Source of the DNA: Klebsormidium nitens
Taxonomy: Eukaryota; Plantae; Klebsormidiophyceae
Assembly: GCA_000708835.1 (NCBI GenBank)
Contig: DF237145.1
Location: forward strand, 7,468-71,467
Length of the DNA: 64,000 nucleotides
Direction of reading: 5' to 3'
Shown piece by piece: positions 1-13,073 of the stretch; the first letter of the stretch is position 1, and each line of letters starts with the position of its first letter. The notes beneath the pieces are model-generated. The model was not told the DNA's origin. It did not search any database and saw only the letters and a program-made list of their open reading frames with translations. A program made the translations under genes and the position numbers.

Positions 1-3000
1 GAACGTCCTTCTAACCCCCCCCACCTTCGGCGCCCCCGCCGCCCCCCCCGCGGTTTTCGGTTGTGGCGCTCATCGACTGCCCTCTGCCGTACACTTCATT
101 CGCCGGTTGGTCGCTAACCACGCAGGGGGGGTTCACGAACAACATTTCCGCCGCTCTGGGGGGGTGCCAGAACCTGTCCACCGTGGCTGCGGTAGGGGGC
201 GTGAAAGTGGTGAAGGGCCCCGGGGGGCACGCGCTCGCGCAGGTCACGGCGACGCTGCAGGCGTACTGGCCGACCAGCGTGACGTCAGCGTTTCAGACCC
301 AGGTGCGTAAGCGGACAGTGTGATACCGAATTTCGATAGGAAGGAAAAATGAGACGTCAGCAAGTCGAATATAGCTGTGTAAGCGATCAGTGTGACCCCA
401 CGTTGTCGGAAAGAGCGTGTAAGAAACGGAGGCGGGCGCAGTACTCCAGGCGCGCCAGCAAAGAGCGTTACGTCACCGCTTTCAGAATCATGTCATGAGC
501 AAATAGCATGAGGTCAGAATCAGGCTGCTTGCGAAAGAATGTCAGCGCCCAGAAACTCGGTGCATGTAGAAATTCGTCTTGTTTTTTCTGCAGACGTTCA
601 AAAGACGACTTTGAGAAGAGAAAATAGACGATCGCGGTTCCGCTCGCTTTTCCTCATCGCAAACTTCCAGGTGCTTTCTTCTGTACGACAATAGCCTCCT
701 TTTGGACCTTTGTGAAAATTCGAGAACTCAATGTCCTCTCCTTCTCGAAAGCGCCCGTCTACCTTGTTTCTTAAGCATTTGTAGACTACCTGTCACACCA
801 TTCTCGCAAGCCCTTTGTGTTTCTTCAGAACCACCGATTAACGATTTAGTTCCTGCTTGGCAGATGAACGCCAGTTACGCCACGTGTCTCAACCAGCAAG
901 CAAATGCTGACGTCCGCAGCTGTCGGTACCTCCCACCGGGCTCGGATCAACTGAGCCCTCTCGCCGCCACCTTACTGAGCCTTAACGCAACTGCGGGGAC
1001 GTTACGCCCCACATTCCAGCCGACAGGTAAACTTCTCTCGAACCTCCCCACCTTCAAACCGATTCTCTTTCTATCTAGTTTTGGTTTTGTTTCTTCAGAG
1101 ATGCGAGCTGAAATCAAGTGCTCGGACAAGATGATCTGCCTAGGCGTCTTGCATTAGGCTTCCATGCTCGATCTTACGCCGTGATTCTGTGAGCATCCGA
1201 AGAGTCTCCTAGCCGCAATGCGGAAGTCCCACGTTTGTGAGCACTCTGGCATCTGCGGGTGCAGTCGTGCACTCGCTTTCACGTTGTTCATTGCTCCTTT
1301 CTGTGAAGGAAAAATGCGGTAGATCCCCATATTGCCGATTCCATGCGCGAAGGGGTTTGCTTTCTATTTTCTGGGTTTCTTCAGACTGATGCCCTGTTTT
1401 CTGACAAGCTCTCCCCGCCTTCTCTTTCGCAGTGACTGCCTACTCGCTGCCGGTCAACAGATCTTTGACCAACGTCACCTTAAGCTTCGCGCCCTACGAC
1501 CCGTCCGGGTCAACGCTACGCGTACTTAACCCCTCAAGTAACCCGGTTTTTGACTCCCAACTCAACGGCACCTTGGAGCAAACAGTCATTACAGTCGACT
1601 TGACCTCGATCTCAGTAGGCGTTCCAGTAACTTATAAGGCCGTCATTATGGCTTGGGACGGGATTACGGTCAACACGTATACAGTTAGCCTGACCCGCGT
1701 TCCTAACCGGGACGCATCTCTCCAATTCATCGCAACCAGTCCCAGCCAGATCGACCCTCCTTTCGCCACGTGGACAACCGTATACGCCACCAACGTGACC
1801 TATACGATAACGTCGTTTGCCATAAGAGCGCTGACGAACGACGCGTTTGCAAGCGTGGTTATCGGTAACCCCAGCAGTTACGGACCCCCGACAGCTGGCA
1901 GCGGGTCAACAAGCCTGATGTTATCCTACGGAATAAACCGGATCCCGATTACCGTAACGGCGGAGGACCCAACCGTTGTGCTAACCTACACAGTTTTTAT
2001 AACCCGTTTTCCGGACCCGACGATCCCCCTCGTCTGGTATCTGAGCGGGCCCCCTGCGGCGACGCAAAAGATGACGTCAACATTGACGTACACGGGCGCG
2101 GTGAATGGAGGGGCGTGCGCAGCGTGCACGTACATGTGTCTGCTAGACGGCGTAGATATGGTGAGGCGCTTTCTTCTTGGCAAAAGCTTTCGAGACGCGC
2201 GTTTCAATGGTAAGTCTGTAATGTACCAGCTGAAGATATTTCCAATCCTTAAGCTGTAGGATCAGTATCCTTCTAACTCAGAAGCTAGAACTAACCCTAG
2301 AACTAACCCTAGAACTTACGTTTCCCCCAATTTACCACTTACTACTCCAGACCCGTCCCAGGCTGGCAAGCGGGATATTCCTATCAATGCTTCCCATCCT
2401 TAGCATCACTCTTTTATCATTTGCGACTCTTACGATAGTGCACCTCCGTCAGCGGTTTGTTTGATTTGAGGGCGAGCATCTTGGTGCTCAATTGCTTTTC
2501 ATTTGGCTGCTAAAACAATCGGGCCACCCGAATCGGTAACAGGAGTCAACCGGTGGTGACCAATTATTTGAATTTGCTCCCATTCAAATGCCACATCGAC
2601 GAGAAAACACTCGTTCGTTCTCTCTGCTGAAAAATCGTTGCGGGAATCTGGACTTCGACTCTTTTGTCGATCATCCAGCATCAAGATGTCAGGGACGTTC
2701 CCGCTTGAAGAGATCGTCGAAACGACTAGCGGCAGACGTCACGAAAGACCTACAAGCTTACTGTGCGAACAGCGGAGAGCAAAACTTGCACTGCACTGGC
2801 AAGGAAGAGACTGTCAGATGAAATTGCAAGAAACACACGACGACGCGGTCTTCTGAACGACAGGAGAGACGAAAGGAACAGAAAAAGAACAAAGAAAACG
2901 GAAAAGTATAGCTCAATTAAGCGTCAATCTCGTTCCGCAGGTCGCGTCGCAATGCCCAGTCGCAACAGCGCCCACAATCCAAAACGGACTCGTCGCCTTC

Positions 3001-6000
3001 TCGTCGACGTTTGGCGTCAACTCCGACGGGAATTACACCCTGCACGTGTGGGCGAAAACCATCACCGGGATTACCGGCGACCCGGTCGACTACACGTGGC
3101 AGGTCGACACGGCGCCACCTGTCGCCGTCGTAACCAGCGGGCCCGTCGCGGGGTTGAACATGACAAGCGGGGACCTGAGGACGAGCAGTCAGAACGCGTT
3201 CTTTATGTTTCGGGGGACCGATAACGGCGCCGCTTTTTGCGGTGGCTGCACGTATCTTTGCCAGGTGGACGCCACTGGTTGGTGGCCGTGTGATGCGGAG
3301 CGCGGGATCGGGTACGGCGGGTTCGGGAGGGGGCGGCATGAGTTTAAGGTGCGCCGCGTTGGTCGGACGATGTTTTGGATCGAGAAAGATGGGTCTTGAG
3401 GTCAGACCTTTCACTACTTAGTCGCGTTCGGGGCCACTTTCTTGTCTGCCTTGTAGTTCTTGAAAGTTTCTGTTTAAGCGTCAAGTCGCGCCGCAGTTCC
3501 CCTGGAAGACTCTTCTCCACGACGCTAAGAAAGGAACTATTGCGCCGATGCCCAACAAATAGCCCCGTGGCTGGGAAGAAGATTTAGTGTACCGATGGAA
3601 GACTTGCAGACGGCAACTGCTGGAGAGGGCGCCACCTGGAACTCTGACAGGAAGGTTTTGAAGAGTAAGGCATCTGTCGGCCACCAACGATGCAAAGTGG
3701 CCGTGAGCTGCATTGGCACTTTACTCCGAGCCCTCTTCGCTTGCGCTCTTTTCCAGGTTTTAATTCTGTTAGCCGCTCACGAAGCTGACGCGCAATAGCT
3801 CAACCCCTGGTTTCATTACTCGCCGTTATGGGGAAGGCGCCCTTCTATCTACTTTCAATGGAGTCTCTTAACCCCAGTCGACTTTCTGACGCTAACCAAG
3901 CAACAAAACCGCTGTCCCCTTAGATGTTGACAAAGGTTTGATATGGCCGGCCAAACCGGGGCCTCAAAACTCATGCCTTCTCTTCGACCAGGTCTCTGCT
4001 ACGGACGCTGCCGGGAACGTCCAAATCGTCCCGACCTCTCTCTTCTGGACGATTGACTACACGCCTCCTTATATCGCCATAACCTCTCCCCCGCCCCCCC
4101 GGACCGCCAACGAAACCGTCCAACTCGCCTTCTGGGGGGGCGCCTTTGGCTCTTCAACGGCCCCCTGCGACGGGTGTGAATACGCCTGCCAGCTGGACGG
4201 GGGTATTCCCATCGACTGCGACTCCCCGGTTGTGTTTGAGGACCTGACGGAAGGCTGGCACTTTGCGACGGTTGTAGTGACGGACCGTGACGGGGCGTCA
4301 ATCAGCAGTGCCAGCTGCGACTGGACCGTCGATCTGACGGGACCAACGGCACAGATTCGCTACCCGCCGCCTGATCCCACCCCCGCGCCGAATGCGTTCT
4401 TCAGGTGAACTGCCAGCTTCTCGAAAGGTGGAAAGACTTTTGCGGTCACTACAGTTCAAGCGTTGTACCAGTAATTATCTCTATCTGGCAAACCTTCTGC
4501 ATTATCTCTTCCTGTTGGCAATCCGTGATCCAGTTGTCCGCACTCTATCGCCTGTAATTCCGGAAGTGCGTCTTAATCGAGCCCTCTGAATTTCCGGGAC
4601 TTGTGCCGATACTGTGTTCTCTGATTATTGGCTTCTCCGAAGGGTGCTGTTCTACCCCCTCTATTCCCACCTTTTCGTCCTCACCCCTGAATCTGTATGC
4701 CAGGTGTTCGGCTTGAAATCGCGCTAAAAGTACGTTCTCGAGCTGACCTTCTTTAAGTGGACCTTATAGAAGCTCGACGCGAGCCGAAATCGTCTGAAAA
4801 CAAGAACACAAGGAAATATCGCCGTTTGCCTCGGATGTGACGTCTAAAACGTAGCAAAGAGCAGCATAAAAGGGAGTACGAATACCTGCAACAAATCACG
4901 AGTCACTGAAAGTCTGCTTTCACCTTGCAGGCTTTACGGGTTCGACAACGGCACCGACTGCGCCTACGCCTGCTCCTTCTTCTGCTCCCTCGATTCCGCT
5001 CCGTTCCTTCCGTGCTCCTCCTCCAACGGAACCAACACCTACGCGGTCGACTCCCTCGCGGCGGGCGACCACTCCTTCTCCGTATACGCTATCGACGCGG
5101 TCGGGAACGCGGGCCAATCGGGGACTTACACGTGGAACATCAACCCGTGGCTCCCGACAGGGTTCGTGCTCAGCGGCCCAAACACGGCGGTTCCCGTCAA
5201 GAACACGAGCGCGGAATTCGATCTCGCTGCGAAGATCGTCGGGGTTAGCTGTACGGCTTGCAGCGTCGGGTGTTCGCTGGACGGAGGGCCGGAGACCCCT
5301 TGTAGCAGCTTGGCGCCGTTGCAGTTCAAGGGGCTGGCGGACGGCGAACACAGCCTGGTGCGCGCGCGCGTTCTAAATCCCTAAAACCCTAAACGTCTAA
5401 AATCCTAAAATCCTAAAATTTAAAAAACCTGTCCGTTGTTCATTGCATACACTCCAGCCGGGCTCTTCACCCTCGAACCTATTAACCTACTGACGTTTGA
5501 AGGCTAGCGAAGCGTCTCCATTGTGAATGCGGAGGGCGACAGGTCGCGAACAAGCTCAGTCACTCATGAAGCGCTCTCAAGAAATTTTCACACGGCCTGC
5601 CGTGATCATCCTAATCTCTGCTGACGCTGCAGCTGACATCACTTTGACGTCTTGTCGCGAGGCCAGCCGTAATAAAACCCAGCTGTAAAACTCCCGGCCT
5701 TCGATGTGATCAGTGGTGCAGGGGAAAGCGCTCTTGCGCTCCCAAGCTTTGACCTCCGCGGTTAGGGGGCATCCCGGGGATCCCGCTGACGCTGACGTCA
5801 CGCTGACGCAGGTCCTGCTTGTGAGCGAGCCGAGCGGCAACTCGTCCTACTCCCAGGCGTACGTTTGGAAAGTCGACACGACCCCCCCCGTCCCTGCTAT
5901 TAAAACAGCCCCCCCCGTCGTGACCGCCGCCAAACAGGCCAGCTTCGCATTCAGCGCAACGGACAACACCGCTCCGGGAGGGGGGGCGTGTCGGCAGTGC

Positions 6001-9000
6001 ATGTATAGTTGCGCGCTATTTCCGGTGACGAATTTGACGACGTGCGGTAACGGCACGGTGAGTTTCTGCTTGCTTGATGTCCGGATAGAAGTGAACGGGC
6101 TGGAGGTGTTTTTTTGAAAGGGAGTATGAAAGATAAGAATTTGCCTTGCAAGGACGGCTGCGATTGAAGAGGCGACGGCTCGATGTTCTTGTGTCTTTTG
6201 GTAGGGGGCCGCGTTTCTTTGTCGAAAGTCATTTCAGAGGGAATCGGGTTTGGCGTATGAAAGTTTTTGAGGTCTGCTGCTCAATTCCTTTCAAGGTCCT
6301 TATTCTCAGCAATAGGATTAGTCACGACTTGTCCATCCCGTTTACTGAGAGGCAATAAAGAAGCACCAGAAGTGCAAGCCTTCTCGACTCTCCGAGCTTT
6401 GTTGATGAACTTGACGTTCGGAACGCATTTCCTTATTCTGCAGTACTTCTTCCGCTTTGAAGCTTTGCACTTTTAATGAGACTTTGGTTGTTTGAGACTC
6501 TTCTTTCTTTCTTTACGTCAGCCGCGTAGTCCAATCTAAACAGCGTCTCTCGTCTTTTTCACAGGGCACAACGTTCAGCGGTTTAGGCGTCCCGGGCAAA
6601 GTCACAACCTACACGTTCGTCGTCCAAGCCACAGACCCCGCCGGCAACGTCAGCCCCGCCCTGTCCACGTCATACAATTTCACCGTCAACCTCGCGCCGC
6701 CAAAGGTCGCCATTCAGAGCGCGCCACGTGTCACCAACCAGACCACGGTCGCGCTTAACCTGACCGCGTCCTCATTTGGGGGTGCCCAGAGCTGCCCCGA
6801 CTGCGACTTCCTCTGCAAATTGGATAACGCCACGTGGCAGAGCTGCGTCCACGTGGCCAACAGCGGCGCGCCGAGGATCACCTCCGGGGGGGTAAACTTT
6901 ACGCTGTCCAGTTTGGGGGGTGCCGCGAATGCTGCCCCGCAGCCGGGGCAGGGAGTTTCCACGCAGAGGTTACTCTTAGACAGCGTGGGTTTGCAGGCAA
7001 ACCCCGCGGTTAGTGACCAGACGAACGCGGTTACGCTGGACCCTAGTCCGATCGCCCAGTATTACGAGTGGCTCCACTCTTTGTCGAGCCAGCATTCGAA
7101 CACTGTAGCAGGTTCTCTTTTTGAAGTTTCGGGGGGAGAGGATTCTAGTCCGCCTCCGATGACGTCAGACGAAAACCCTGTTACCCGGTCACAAGGCGCC
7201 GCGGTTCTTTTAGCCACGTCCCCCCCACCTCCGCCGCCGGTTCCAGTAAGCGCAAGCTCCCCCCCGGCGGCAGCATCCGCCTCTTTCGACAATAGCACAG
7301 GGTCTCTGGTTCTTTTCCTCTCGGGACTAAGCCCTGGGCCCCATACGTTACTCATCAACGCAACGGACAGCCTAGCTAACAGCAATGTAACGGCGATCCA
7401 GTGGTCGGTGGAAGTAGACCCTCCAACCGGGAAACTAACGGTCGCAGAGACTGTGAACCAGAACCCATTTGCTGTCGATCTTGTGTTCGACAAAGTGTGC
7501 GTCTTTCCGACGCTCGCCAACGCGAGTTCCGGCTCCGGAAAAGCGTTTCCGGCCGGTTGGAACGGCGGAATCCGGCTGAGCGCCGGAGCGCAGTTGGTGG
7601 GCTTTGGGCCCCGCAACGCCAGCAGCGCGTATACGCTACTAATCCGGTCCATAAGCGATGGGCCCGTGACGGTGTCGCTCCTTCAGCAAAGCTGCTTTGA
7701 CGGGGCCGGGAATGGCAACCGGCCAATCACAGGTGCGGATTCTTTTCTTTTCCTCACATTGAAGGCATAAGCACTGGCCGCGAATTGCCAATATGCAACT
7801 GGCCCTGTAGACCTCTACACGGTGCTCGAAAGCTGTTCCGGAATTCACAAGAAAAGGGCTGCTTGTCTCAAACAGTGTGGCCCATGTTCATCGACAACTC
7901 CGATTCGGGCTGCTCAAAACGGAAGCTTTTGATCGCTTCTTCTGCGTCGCGCTGACACTCTGCTTTAGGCATGGCAGCACACGGCTATCGAATCAAACAG
8001 TTCCTTCTTGAACTCGAAAGGAATGGAAGGTCGTTTACCCTCATCAGAACTCAGGGTAAAATACAAAGTTTGTCTCGAAGGTTGTCAAGTGGCCTCTCGT
8101 AGTCAAACGACTTACAACAATTATGGGTCCTTGCGTCTTTCAAGTTCCCTTTCACCACTGCAGTGTCAGGCTCACTGGAATCAAGCATCAGACTTCCCAC
8201 TCTTAATACCTTTCCAATTGAAGATGGTCCGCACAGCCTGCCCACTTGACATCGTTCTCTGCATTCCAGTGCGGACGTATCTCGACTCAACCGCCCCCAC
8301 CGTCTCTCTGTCCGTCGACGCAAACCCCCTCGGCAGCGCGAGCGGCGTTTTCGTCGCCAACTGGAGCCCCATCACTTTTCAAGCACAGATGAGGTTAGTG
8401 TTTACGGTCTCAACAAAGATATCCATGAACTGAGACGATATGCAAATCACCGCCTTGCAATAGGTTAAGTTAGTATAAAGTTTAGAATGGGTACGAAAAA
8501 GGCACGTCACCGCGTGGAGGTGCTAAGAGTTAGTGGAGGCCTTTTTTCCTCTTGTCTTAGCATTATCTTTCTTGAAGATCCTCCAGTCTTACCGACTTTT
8601 ATAGAGAGTCTTCTCTCCACCGGAAACACATTGAAGCGACGCCTCACAAGGCGTTGATTAGAAGATGCTCCTTTCTGGAATAATAGTTCTCGCCAACCTC
8701 TCAGCTTATCGGATTCGCTTGTGCCTTCCTTCAGAATTCAGATTGTCCCCGGACTGTATCTTGTCTTGTCTTATCTTATGTATCTGTGCACATCTCCAAC
8801 CCACGTATTCACAAAAACAGTATTTTGCGGTCCTTGCAGTGAGGCGGTGGTTGCCCCTGACGGCTGGAAAGCGCTCCTTTCGAACGGGCAAGCCGGCGAC
8901 CTCCAGATCCTCAAAACCAGTCCCTTCATCGGGTCCTCGAACAGCACCACTGGTCCCACTGCCGTCAGTTTCACAGCCACCCCCTTCGCTGAGGGCTGGG

Positions 9001-11276
9001 TGAACCTTTCCGTTCCGGTGGGGGTGCTGACGGACTGGGCCGGAAACGGAAACGCCGCGTCAAACCAGGTGTGCTGCAAAGTTACTTCTCAACTTTGCTC
9101 GAGAACCACTCGCCGCTTCCCCTCAGCAGAGGCGGTTTTTGCAACATTCCATTCTTTTTGGTTTTATAAAGCTGGGGCGTGTTGCCACAATCTGCACTTT
9201 CCCTTGGTGGCGGCCTTAGAGCAAAGGCCATTGTCAACGTCGACCCGGTTGTCAGCTTTCTTATGGGAGTTTTGAGTAAGACGGGAGGTAGGCTGACTTT
9301 TTATTCGAGCCTTCTGAACTTCACTTCTGCTGCACCAGCGGAGATCTTAAGAGCGGCCTACACACCCGAAGCACGCCGGCGCCGAATGCTTGCAGGGGAA
9401 ATCTTTTTCTCCTTCCTCTTCCTTCACGATCCACATACTCTCTTCACCTTTGCCCCAGATTGCCATCCTATATGACGTCACCGCACCCCAGGCCACCCTC
9501 AGCAGCAACGTCAGCGCCACGTCAGCACAGGCCTCGTTCGCCGTCCGCATCTCTTTCAGCGAGCGCGTGGCGCAGTTCACGGGCGCATCCATCATGACCT
9601 CCGGGGGATCCCTCGCGTCCTTTGCTGACGTCAGCGGCGACGGCACCCTGTACACGGCCGTGGTTAGCACTAACCAGGGCCAAACCGTGACGATTCAGCT
9701 GAGAGACGGGGCCGCCACGGACCTCGCTGGGAATCCGAGCGTGGCGTCCAATGCGATCACAACACGTGGCGGTAAGTGGCAGCTGCTTTCAACGCTTGTT
9801 TTCAGCAGGTTCCAAACTCTCGCTATAAAGTTTGGAGACGTGCAACATGATGAAAGAGTACCGTTGCGCGAAAGCCTGGTTAGGGAGATCTTGAGGAAAG
9901 AGTGACGCCAGCAAGGCCGGCTTGGAATGTCACTTCATTATTGTTACTTTTCTGGTCGCGTTTCTTGTCGCAATCTGCAGGATGACGGTTCCTTGTCCAT
10001 GTCTATTTGGCAATGATTGATTGAAGGGGTCGGAGGTTTCTTCTGCTTTGTAGTTTTCATCTAAAACCCTGATATCCCTGAAACCAGTGAAATTTCACAG
10101 TTCAGTACACTTCCTGTAAGTCTTCTCAAGTTTCATCGAGAAAGCAAGCGGCGCAAAGCGAAACGGAGCTCTGACGTGTCAGTTCGGAACGTGGTCGAAA
10201 TGCAACATCCTTATGAAAAGACACCGCCTCAGTTGCGATTCCCGTCCTTTGTCCTCTATCCGGAGGTCTCAGAGTACATTTTTCATCGCATCTTTCGGTG
10301 CGATCTGAACTTACACTTTCCTTATGCAGTGGATATTGTGACTGCACCAGCCGCGAAAGCCGGTCTTTCCGCCACGTGGATAGCCGGCATCGTTCTGGTT
10401 TCCCTGGCGTCAATCGTGGGCAGCGTCGCCGCCTACATGTACCTGAAACGGAAGCAGCAGAACGGAACGGAAGCGGAAAGCTCGAGCGAGGAAGGAACGA
10501 GTAACAGTGTGTCAGATGGGCGGGTCTCGAGGAGGCGAACTGACACAAGCAGAAAACGACTGGCGCACCGGAAACGGTATGAGGAGGATTCTGCCCAAAG
10601 CCTTACCGCGAGCGAAAGTGCGGACGAGCGGACGGAACCTCGGAGGCGGAACGGAAGGGAGCGGATAAGGGAACCGAGGGAACGGTCCGAGTACGAATCG
10701 GATGAGAGGAGGGGCGAGCGGAGGGAGGAGAGGTTCGACGACAAAAGAAGAGGTGGCGGAGGCTCGAAGCGAGCTGTGCGAAATGGAGGGGAGGAGGTTG
10801 TGAGGCATAAGAAGGCAGAAACCGGCCAGGTTAACTATAACGATGAGGTTAGAGAGAGAAGCCGTGAGACAGCTCATCGAAGCCGAGACCATGGGAGTCC
10901 AACCAGGCGACGGAAACCAGACCGCGAGCAGGAGATCCGGCCGGAGGATGACGAAGTTCTGACGTCACACCGTCAGCGTTCAAGCAGAAAGGGAAGGCCC
11001 CTCCGGGAAGAGGAGGTTTACGCGGAAGAAGGCGACGCCCCGACGTCACCTCGTCGTCACGTGAATAGTAAAAGAAGGCCCGATCGCCAAGAGGAGATTT
11101 GGGAGGAGGATGACGATGTCCCGACGTCACATCGTCAACAGTCGAGTAGAAGGAGAAGACCAATGCAAGACGAGGTACTGTCTGATGAAAGCGCCGATCG
11201 GCGAGTCAGGAAACCGAAGCACGGCAGACTTCGAGCAAGGCCAACGGAAAGATATGATCAAAGGATAATGCAGTAA
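1..11276 (+). CDS. Large type-I membrane/cell-surface protein: cadherin-like beta-sandwich domains, about 7 Cys-rich Ig-like repeats, bacterial-Ig-like domains, one TM helix and an R/E-rich cytoplasmic tail (5' end outside the window)
   Basis: Exons join in phase at GT-AG: <1..302, 864..1026, 1433..2160, 2941..3348, 3992..4404, 4931..5357, 5812..6057, 6565..7732, 8270..8393, 8840..9068, 9459..9771, 10330..11276. Motifs seen: ATLLSLNATAGTLRPTF and ASLQFIATSPSQIDPPF (cadherin-like), repeated CxxCxxxCxLD and ATDxAGN, DSTAPTV/DVTAPQA...FSE...DLAGN (Ig-like), TM WIAGIVLVSLASIVGSVAAYMYL followed by KRK. Confidence 0.85.
5373..5427. repeat. Degenerate telomere-like tract (CCCTAAAA-type) in an intron
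   Basis: ctaaatccctaaaaccctaaacgtctaaaatcctaaaatcctaaaatttaaaa, starting about 15 nt after the donor at 5358 and a short (CG)n run. Confidence 0.7.
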
Positions 11277-11619
11277 TCAAGACTTCAAATCTAGTGGGTA
11301 CAATTTTCTAGCTAGGCAAAACCAGTGTGCGTACGAAGGTCTAAAGTAGCATTATGCATTACACTTGCACGATAAACGCTTGCCCAATAATAGAGTTCTT
11401 CTCCATGCAACCTTTGGAGCCATGCACATGGGAAATGATGGACCGGCTAACTCGGTCTTATCAGGAATTACCGCGTAAATTTGCCTGCCAGCCTCATGAC
11501 CACAAAGTCAATCGCCTCTTGGAGCGCAGCTGTAATACCGAGACACCAGTCCATCGTTTTTCAGTGCATGATCCATTAAGTGCATTGATATCGGTCGCGA
11601 TAATCCTATACCCGGTCCG

Positions 11620-12768
11620 GCTTTGCTCTTTGACCCCTTGCGGCCGGGCTCGTGCATGCATTTACGTCCACATGACGTCTTTCGAATCTAACGGCAAGGT
11701 CTCAAAAGGTCCCAAGGTCAGTGCACATGCACTTGCTTCTTTGACGGTTTTCACCGCGCGCATGCAGATCGTGCAATTAAGCATACCTAGCTAGAAGCTA
11801 GGCGCTGAAATTCTCGATCCTTAAGATGTGCTTCCCAAAACTATCTATATATCATATTGCTTGTGCATGCATTCCCACGTCTGGTATAGGCCTATCATGC
11901 ATGACGAGGTGCTCATTGCATGTATTTCATGCAGTCTAAAGGGCTGTTTGAGGGTGGCGCCCGCGGGGATCACTGGCCGCCGGCCAGCACTGATCGAGTG
12001 ACCAACTTACAAGTTTGCTTCGATCCGACAAGGCACTGGCAAAGGAAGAGTTCTCTGCGCATGATCCGACAGCGTTTGAACGTGGACGCAGGCATCACGT
12101 GGCCAGGTGCACGTATGCGCAGCCGCCGGAACTTTGTCCCGGTATTGGGTATGGGGTTTGCTCCTGGTCTACGATTTGGCGTTATTGACGTTATGCTTTG
12201 CTCTTTGACCCCTTGCGGCCGGGCTCGTGCATGCATTTACGTCCACATGACGTCTTTCGATCTAACGGCAAGGTCTCAAAAGGTCCCAAGGTCAGTGCAC
12301 ATGCACTTGCTTCTTTGACGGTTTTCACCGCGCGCATGCAGATCGTGCAATTAAGCATACCTAGCTAGAAGCTAGGCGCTGAAATTCTCGATCCTTAAGA
12401 TGTGCTTCCCAAAACTATCTATATATCATATTGCTTGTGCATGCATTCCCACGTCTGGTATAGGCCTATCATGCATGACGAGGTGCTCATTGCATGTATT
12501 TCATGCAGTCTAAAGGGCTGTTTGAGGGTGGCGCCCGCGGGGATCACTGGCCGCCGGCCAGCACTGATCGAGTGACCAACTTACAAGTTTGCTTCGATCC
12601 GACAAGGCACTGGCAAAGGAAGAGTTCTCTGCGCATGATCCGACAGCGTTTGAACGTGGACGCAGGCATCACGTGGCCAGGTGCACGTATGCGCAGCCGC
12701 CGGAACTTTGTCCCGGTATTGGGTATGGGGTTTGCTCCTGGTCTACGATTTGGCGTTATTGACGTTAT
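11620..12768. repeat. Near-perfect tandem duplication, 575/574-bp units
   Basis: Copy 1 is 11620-12194 and copy 2 is 12195-12768. The one difference I noticed is a 1-nt indel (ttcgaatcta vs ttcgatcta). The ORF track shows duplicated ORFs at 11920 and 12494. Confidence 0.95.
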
Positions 12769-13073
12769 GATTTTCAGCACCGAGACATCGGTCACTTTGT
12801 CCGCGGATGCAACATGTGGGAAGGCACCGGGGGACAGCCGGGGCACTCAGGCTCTGTTTGGATACAACATGACCGTGGGATCAGAGGTCCTACACTCTCA
12901 AGCTTGCGGCCATGCTGACACCGGTCCTGTGCACATCAACATGCATCATTTCCACGTCGAGCGAGTGTTGCACGCCCGTGTATCCGTGGCTTATGGACCC
13001 TATGATACCTCTGTTAGGTAACAAAGTCTACCTTTCTTGAACGCAGGGGTGTTCTTTCGTGTTTTCTCAGACT

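Noticed and set aside
9179-9400. ORF AIVNVDPVVSF...RRRMLAG as an extra exon of the surface protein
   Set aside because: The flanking exons join in phase without it, and it lacks the Ig-repeat motifs and clear splice sites.
11920-13021. ORFs 11920-12318 and 12494-13021 as genes
   Set aside because: They arise from the tandem duplication, have no recognisable domain or splice structure, and lie in a likely TE relic.
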